Of a DNA stretch of 64,000 bases, positions 58,201-64,000 are shown in pieces (position 1 is the first letter of the stretch; the number at the start of each line of letters is the position of its first letter). A model generated the notes under the pieces. It worked only from the letters and a program-made list of their open reading frames with translations. It had not been told where the DNA came from and ran no database searches. The DNA is taken from positions 1 to 64,000 of the IMG/VR virus record IMGVR_UViG_3300034073_003542; one strand, given 5' to 3'. Position numbers and translations under genes: made by a program.

Positions 58201-59834
58201 GTCTTGGCAACGTAAACCTTATCAACTATGAGAGAATCTCCCTTTTGTGACCTATTTCCCATAATTACGACAATATTGCCCAAAAACAAGGCTTGTCGGT
58301 ATTGTTTATAAGTCTCCGGAAAAACAATAACATTGTCGAGAACACCTGTATTGTCTGATATCTCCAAAAATGCCATTTCTTGCCCAGCGGTCTTACCCTT
58401 TTTGGTTTTTGTAACATTGACATTCTCGATTTCCCCGCCCAAAACAATATTTTTATTGGCAAAGAAGGAAGTAATAGGGTTTTGATTAGCTTTCTTGAGT
58501 TCTTTACATGTTACATTCGTCATGCTAATGTCATACGCGTCCACTTTCGAGCAACTAACACTAGTACCAAGAATATTGTACTCTGCATCACTTAACCAAT
58601 CAATAGTATCACTCAAAGAATAAGGTGGATTCTTAAATAGCTTCAACTTATCTTGTACTGCCGCAACTCTTTTAGTTTGTACTTTTCCGCTTTCTAGTAG
58701 TGCCGTTAATAGTTCGCCCAAGGTTTTATAATGCAGATTTGCATTACAGAATTTGAGTTCACCACCAGATAAATCCGATATTAACTGAAACTCATATAAC
58801 ATAGACGATCTAGACTTATTGATATAAGATATTGCTCCACACTCTATAATAGCTTTTGCTGCTGTGGAATTGATATCGTTTAGAACTAGAAATAAGGTTT
58901 CTAGCCAATTTAATTCACCAATAGGCTTTGGTAATTTTTCTTGGATTTTAATCAACTTCTTATATACAGAATCGCCCAAACTCTTAATGTCCCTCAATCC
59001 AAAATAGATATCTCCATCATGAATAAAGAAATACTCGTTCATCATTCTTAAATCTGGAAGACGAACAGTAATATCCATTTCTGTGGCATTTTGGAAAAGC
59101 CCCTTTATCTCTGCATGAGGATCAATCTTATCACGAGCAAATTTGAGATACGCCTTGAAAAACATCTTGGGAAAGTGAGCTTTAGCATATGCTGATAAGT
59201 ATGAATTCATAGCATATGACACAGCATGTGAGTGATTGAATGAGTAGCGTTGACTTTTTTCGATCCATGCAAATATCGTTTCTGCTTCACTTTCGTTTAC
59301 AATTCCTAGTTTTTTACATCCTTCCATAAAAGCAGTTTTTACCTTAGCCATTTCATCAGCTTTCTTTTTGCCGATAGCTTTTCGTAAATCGTCAGCTTGT
59401 TGAGGAGTAAATCCAGCAATACGAACACAAATATCCATCGCTTGTTCTTGATAGATCATTTCGCCGTAACTATCTTTTAGGGAAGGCTCTAGAGCAGGAT
59501 GAAAATAGTCAATACTTTCTTCTCCATTTTTTCTATCGATATAGTGTTGAGTAACACTTTTATTATCACGGATACTTTCGAGGCACCCAGGTCTAACTAT
59601 CGATAATAAAGCAGAAAGATGTTCTATGATTTCTGGTTTTAGTTTTTTAGCAATACTGCGACCTAATCTGGACTCTAGCTGAAAAACTCCCTTAGTATTT
59701 CCGCTGCCAATAAGTTTCCATGTTCTTGGACATTCCAGATTAATATTTTCGATATCTGGATCAAATATGACTCGTCTATTCTTATCTAGATTAAACTGGC
59801 AGCCACATGGGAATTTTATAATCTGATTAGACAT
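58197..59834 (-). CDS. dnaE: DNA polymerase III alpha, C-terminal part (fingers, HhH, OB fold)
   Basis: TKGVFQLES, RPG, IYQEQAM, ADDLRKAIGKK, YSFNHSHAVSY and MAFLEISDNTG OB motif. Confidence 0.9.
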   Translation of the reverse strand: MSNQIIKFPCGCQFNLDKNRRVIFDPDIENINLECPRTWKLIGSGNTKGVFQLESRLGRSIAKKLKPEIIEHLSALLSIVRPGCLESIRDNKSVTQHYIDRKNGEESIDYFHPALEPSLKDSYGEMIYQEQAMDICVRIAGFTPQQADDLRKAIGKKKADEMAKVKTAFMEGCKKLGIVNESEAETIFAWIEKSQRYSFNHSHAVSYAMNSYLSAYAKAHFPKMFFKAYLKFARDKIDPHAEIKGLFQNATEMDITVRLPDLRMMNEYFFIHDGDIYFGLRDIKSLGDSVYKKLIKIQEKLPKPIGELNWLETLFLVLNDINSTAAKAIIECGAISYINKSRSSMLYEFQLISDLSGGELKFCNANLHYKTLGELLTALLESGKVQTKRVAAVQDKLKLFKNPPYSLSDTIDWLSDAEYNILGTSVSCSKVDAYDISMTNVTCKELKKANQNPITSFFANKNIVLGGEIENVNVTKTKKGKTAGQEMAFLEISDNTGVLDNVIVFPETYKQYRQALFLGNIVVIMGNRSQKGDSLIVDKVYVAKT

Positions 59835-59841
59835 CTATATT

Positions 59842-60528
59842 TTATACCTTAAATGAATCTCTAAACTTAACTTTACTACCAAGATTTCTGAATAACTTCA
59901 TGAAACGAATCATTATTTCTGCTGTGTCTTTAACGTCTTTAATAGCATCATGCGCTCCGTCTTTACTAATTCCAAGATATTCGCGCAAATTATCCATAGA
60001 ATAACTTTTGAGGTCGCTATTACTTTCAAACCAATAAAACACAATATTCATAACATCAACCACATCGCGTGGATAGAAAATATTTGTTGTATTATCTTTA
60101 TTGGTCTGTCCATATTTTTTACTCAAACGATCAACAATACGTAAATCAAAACGATTGATATTATATCCAGCAGCAATAGGAGCACTAAATTGGCTTTTGC
60201 GACTTCCTCGGCTATGATATTTATCAAGATAATTTACAAACATATTCCAGCTTTGTTGCTGTATTGGATATTTTTTCCATTCTTCTAGAACAGCAGCTTC
60301 TGAACAGCCCTTAACTTTACCGTGGAAACTTAATATGTCTGTAGTATATGTATAGTTATCATCTGCTTCCAGAACTTCTGGTTTGAAATTTACATTAAAT
60401 TCTGATCCTTTAACTATTTCTAATTTAACTGGGTCAACAATAACAGCAGCAATTTGTACAGGAGAACAAGTTTCTGGATTATTGCCGTCTGTCTCAAAGT
60501 CAAATACGCAAATTGGATTTTTGTTCAT
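59842..60528 (-). CDS. DEDDh 3'-5' exonuclease (DnaQ/epsilon-like)
   Basis: VFDFETDG, GYNINRFD, AHDAIKD. Confidence 0.9.
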   Translation of the reverse strand: MNKNPICVFDFETDGNNPETCSPVQIAAVIVDPVKLEIVKGSEFNVNFKPEVLEADDNYTYTTDILSFHGKVKGCSEAAVLEEWKKYPIQQQSWNMFVNYLDKYHSRGSRKSQFSAPIAAGYNINRFDLRIVDRLSKKYGQTNKDNTTNIFYPRDVVDVMNIVFYWFESNSDLKSYSMDNLREYLGISKDGAHDAIKDVKDTAEIMIRFMKLFRNLGSKVKFRDSFKV

Positions 60529-60533
60529 CTAAA

Positions 60534-60716
60534 TTATTCCTCAATTTCTACACTTACCAATGGTTTAATCATAATCTTTGTATCAGGATTATCGACTTCT
60601 GCTGCGTTCAATGTTTTACAGCAGCTTACTTTTTGATCTGTTACTCTTGTGTATTGTTTTCCGTTGTAAGTAAAAACTTGTCCAACACTCAATGTCTTAA
60701 ATAATACAGCCTTCAT
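60534..60716 (-). CDS. Small beta-rich protein with SCC motif
   Basis: GGAGA RBS; fills the gap between dnaE-N and the exonuclease. Confidence 0.6.
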   Translation of the reverse strand: MKAVLFKTLSVGQVFTYNGKQYTRVTDQKVSCCKTLNAAEVDNPDTKIMIKPLVSVEIEE

Positions 60717-62629
60717 TTGTTATCTCCGTTTCTAATAAGGTTTCTTGAATATCCATAATTTTATCTAGATATGCTATACCTAAGATATCAAGTTTAATTA
60801 CCCCGATAGCTTCTAGATCTTGCATTTCCATACCAGCAATAAGTTGTTTGTTCTTACTATCATAAATCATTGGGCAGATTTCTGCAAGCGGATCAGAGCT
60901 AATAGCTATTCCAGCAGCGTGTTTTGATTGATTGCTTTTTGTTCCTTCAAGCCTAATAGCCTGTTCAAAGCGTTTTGCTAATGGACCCTCTAATTCGCCC
61001 GCTTCATTATAGAAACAATAATCTCTAAGATGATCAGCCATATTTTCTAGGCTCCATCCTAAAATAGACGCTTCTCCCGTTTCCTCTTTCATTGTCTGTA
61101 GTTCGTCGGAAATCTTAGATTCTTCTGGAATATTTTTGGTAATTTTATTCATTTCTTCAAATGATACATTACCATATACTCTTAGAACATCTTTGAGGGC
61201 GGCACGACCTTTGATTGTATTAAATGTAATCATTTGTGAAACATTTTTATGACCATATTTATCTTTGATATATTGTATAACGTGTTCACGCTTTTCAATA
61301 GGAACGTCAACATCAATATCTGGTAGACTTATATGATCAGCAGTATTTCTTCCTTCGTTATAAAATCTTGAAAATAATAGATTGTATTTGATCGGATCTA
61401 TTTGTGTAATACCAATTAAATAAGATACTAAACAACCGGCACTCGACCCACGGCCAGGGCCGGGAAGCCAGCCGCTTCTTCTAATAAAATCTAAAATATC
61501 CGACACAATTAAAAAATAACTACTAAGACCAGCTCCCTGTAGAATATCCAATTCACTTTTAATTCTGTCAATATATATTTGATGTTGATCTTGTGGAATT
61601 TTGTCTTTGATTTTTTTAACCCAACCCTTACGACAAAGTTCGCGCAAATACTCGTCCTCATTAAATCCGTCAGGACAAGGAAATTTGGGAAGTCTTGGTT
61701 TGCTTAGAATAGAATATTCCTCAACCATATCGTTAACAATATTTGTATTAGCTATCTCTTCTTCGGTATGGATTGCCGCCATTTCTTCTTGTGAAGGAAT
61801 ATGATAACAATCGCTCTTAAAGAAACACCCAAGTGGCACATCTTCTCCGCGAGATAATTTATCACTAATTTCGCTAAATGTTGTTTTCAGATTATTGCAC
61901 AACAAAATACGCTGATCTTCACAATCAGATCGTTCACAATAATGCGCATCAGGAGTACATATTACTTTAACGCCCGTCTTCTTTCCAATTTCCCTAATAG
62001 CATTAGTAAGATCAACTTGAATAGGAAGATTGTCCTTATCAATTAGCTGGGCCTCAAGAAATAGCTGACTACCGAAAATCGTCTTGAGATATTCAACGTG
62101 TTTCACGCCTAGCTCTAACCAGTTTTCTCGCAATCGCCCATAGTCTTCAACAATTTCATCTGCTAAACTTGATCCTAAATGACCAGTTATACCTATTAGA
62201 TTTCCACTATTCAATTTCTTAATGGACTCAAAATCTAGTCTTGGTTTATAATAGAAATTTTCAGGTAAATTACTTGTGGAAACAATTTTAATCAGATCTT
62301 TCCATCCTTGTAGGTTTTTGCATAAAACTAAGAAGTGAGACAAACTTTTATTTGATTCATCTTGAATTGTTGGATCATTTTTACATATATATAACTCGCA
62401 ACCCAAAATAGGTTTGATTTTTGCTGCTTTTAAGCTCTTATAGAATTTTACAACGCCCGCTATGGAGCCGTGGTCGGTAATAGCACAAGCTGTTGCTCCG
62501 ATAGCTTTGCATCTTTGAGCAATTTTGTCTGTTTTGCTGAGTCCGTCAAGCAAAGAAAAATGCGATTTACGAATGGACGTGTAGCGGCACATACCTGGCC
62601 GACACGTCCAAAATTTTCTCCTCTGTCAT
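60697..62629 (-). CDS. dnaE: DNA polymerase III alpha, N-terminal part (PHP + palm); reading frame interrupted by a 7-nt gap at 62569-62563
   Basis: ATG 62629 frame reads MTEEKILDVSARYVPLHVHS-stop; the next frame continues HFSLLDG...AITDHG...GPGRGSSAG...PDIDVD...KLDILG. Joined product 641 aa. Confidence 0.85.
62574..62610 (-). promoter_or_regulatory. GC-rich mRNA stem-loop immediately 5' of the dnaE coding gap (candidate recoding signal)
   Basis: UGGACGUGU/ACACGUCCA 9-bp stem plus CGGC/GCCG 4-bp stem, 2-nt bulge, 9-nt loop. Confidence 0.7.
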
Positions 62630-62631
62630 AA

Positions 62632-63678
62632 TTATTCTATTGTTCCTGGAGCCTTATAATGAGCAACACTATAGTCTTTTGGTTGATATTTCTTGATGGT
62701 ATCATTCATACCCATTAGATTAATATCGTGTCTGATTTGTTCACACATAGTCATTGGTGATCCGTTCTCGCATACTTGACCGTCGCGGTACTCTATAATA
62801 GGCAGAATTGTGGGATGTCCAACAAACGTGTTTTTACCGAAATAGCAAAACTTCTTACATCTCCACGATTTAGAAAGTTTTGGTTTCTTGCATCTTTTAA
62901 TTGCCTCAAATTTAACACGAAGCATTTCTTCGGTTTCGGCCAAATCATCCTTGCTAAAACACACAGAAAAAGGTCCGCCATCATTAATAAAATTGATAGT
63001 CACAATAATATGTTCATATTGAGGATACATTTTACTAATAGCATAATGATATATTCTTAATTGAGGGTCTTTGTAGAGTTTGGCTAAGGTTTTTTCTTCT
63101 CCTGTCGCCCAATCTTTTCTTCTTCCTGTTTTTAAATCGATAATTTCTAATGTATCTTTATTTTCCTGTACTATAAGGTCTATTGTTCCTTTGATTCCTA
63201 ATTTTCCCCTAATTTTTCCTTCAGGTAAATCGTACTCATAATTCGCCCATTCTTTATCAATAATGATATCAAAATGTCCCTCACTACTAAAGATGTTTCT
63301 GTTGCGTGGATCAAACATCCCATTGTGTGATGTGAGCATCGTATTGACCCATTTGAGGCATTCTTTTAAATCTTTGGGTGTCCAGACAAGGTTTTTAGAT
63401 GCGGCCGTGTAATGATCGTATATGGATTTGGTCAATTTTTCGACATTATACTTTTTAATATCAATCTTGCCAATCATATCATCTGTATAAGATTTTGTAC
63501 CATTTTGTTCACATAATTTAATTTCGGCCAAAATTTCCATAACCTTATGGCAAATACTACCTTTATCTGCTGCTTTTCCTGATGGGCTTTTAATACCAAT
63601 ATTATATTCAAGAAAATAGGCGTGTTCACAGAGGCTATGTGTGTTATATGATGAACTTCTGAGATATGTTATTATCAT
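62632..63678 (-). CDS. PD-(D/E)xK exonuclease, Cas4/RecB/AddB-like
   Basis: SSYNTHSLCE, GSICHKVME, GTIDLI, IIDLKTG, QLRIY, plus Cys in CKKFC...C. Confidence 0.85.
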   Translation of the reverse strand: MIITYLRSSSYNTHSLCEHAYFLEYNIGIKSPSGKAADKGSICHKVMEILAEIKLCEQNGTKSYTDDMIGKIDIKKYNVEKLTKSIYDHYTAASKNLVWTPKDLKECLKWVNTMLTSHNGMFDPRNRNIFSSEGHFDIIIDKEWANYEYDLPEGKIRGKLGIKGTIDLIVQENKDTLEIIDLKTGRRKDWATGEEKTLAKLYKDPQLRIYHYAISKMYPQYEHIIVTINFINDGGPFSVCFSKDDLAETEEMLRVKFEAIKRCKKPKLSKSWRCKKFCYFGKNTFVGHPTILPIIEYRDGQVCENGSPMTMCEQIRHDINLMGMNDTIKKYQPKDYSVAHYKAPGTIE

Positions 63679-64000
63679 AATTTTCCTTGTAAAAATTTTC
63701 TTATCATATTATTCCGGTCTTCAATACTTAGCTCACCAGGAATAATACAATCAAATATAGATTGATCACATTGATCTGGATCTAAACCTCTTTCGCTCAT
63801 AGCCTGGGAATTAAAAGGATTTCTTTCCAATTTTATAATGATTCCTCCGCGATTCTTGACGGCAGCGCCCTCATTAGCACCAAACCTTAAATCGTTTATC
63901 AAGGCAATAGCTGGTCGGTCTTTATCTATAAGTTTTAGCGTAGCATCAACCCAAACATCTTCATACATACGCCTAAAAATGCCCGTACCAACAAATTCCA
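63675..64000 (-). CDS. Deoxynucleoside monophosphate kinase, C-terminal part (truncated by window edge)
   Basis: Frame open to the edge: EFVGTGIFRRMYEDVWV, INDLRFGANE, GGIIIKL, SERGLD. Confidence 0.75.
   Translation of the reverse strand, partial: EFVGTGIFRRMYEDVWVDATLKLIDKDRPAIALINDLRFGANEGAAVKNRGGIIIKLERNPFNSQAMSERGLDPDQCDQSIFDCIIPGELSIEDRNNMIRKFLQGKL

Noticed and set aside
59780-60760. Split intein joining the two dnaE genes
   Set aside because: No Cys-initiated N-intein after the dnaE-N core and no HN/C-type C-intein before the dnaE-C core.
62563-62592. ORF-track start MCRYTSIRKS for dnaE-N
   Set aside because: It lacks the PHP HxH motif, which is encoded in the adjacent frame from ATG 62629; this ATG lies in the hairpin loop.
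1-64000. Stop-codon reassignment (alternative genetic code)
   Set aside because: Genes are full length and tightly packed under code 11; TAA, TGA (e.g. 13869, 19566) and TAG (54760) all end genes at sensible positions.
1-64000. tRNA, rRNA, integrase, transposase, tail sheath or lysis genes
   Set aside because: None recognisable; intergenic gaps are short and explained by terminators or promoters.

Overview
AT-rich segment of a large tailed (siphovirus-like, no sheath gene seen) bacteriophage genome in the standard genetic code. All assignments come from motifs and gene order read by eye; no searches were run. The + strand (1-42636) is the virion operon: terminase C-terminus, portal, protease/scaffold, decoration protein, major capsid, neck genes, tail completion/terminator, tail tube, chaperones, a 5102-aa tape measure protein (TMP) and tail-tip genes. 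The neck region also holds Ser/Cys-rich proteins, a metalloprotease, a GT71-like mannosyltransferase and an FkbM methyltransferase. The - strand (42639-64000) carries a glycan-modification cluster (glycosyl-, methyl- and sulfotransferases), then recombination/replication genes: annealing protein, endonuclease, intein-containing GT4, SSB, a two-gene DnaE around a DEDDh exonuclease, a Cas4/RecB-like nuclease and dNMP kinase. Top observations: (1) the dnaE PHP motif LHVHS|HFSLLDG is broken by a 7-nt gap, TCG-TAA-A-TCG, with matched codons around a stop and a GC-rich hairpin just upstream, which suggests programmed ribosomal bypassing; (2) the TMP looks like a cassette polyprotein in which about 22 [F/Y/L]-x-x-G-G linkers delimit enzyme domains (nuclease-like, kinase, nucleotidyltransferase, HAD phosphatase, GNAT, HExxH peptidase); (3) a candidate virion glycosylation system pairs poly-Ser tracts in structural proteins with many phage-encoded transferases.
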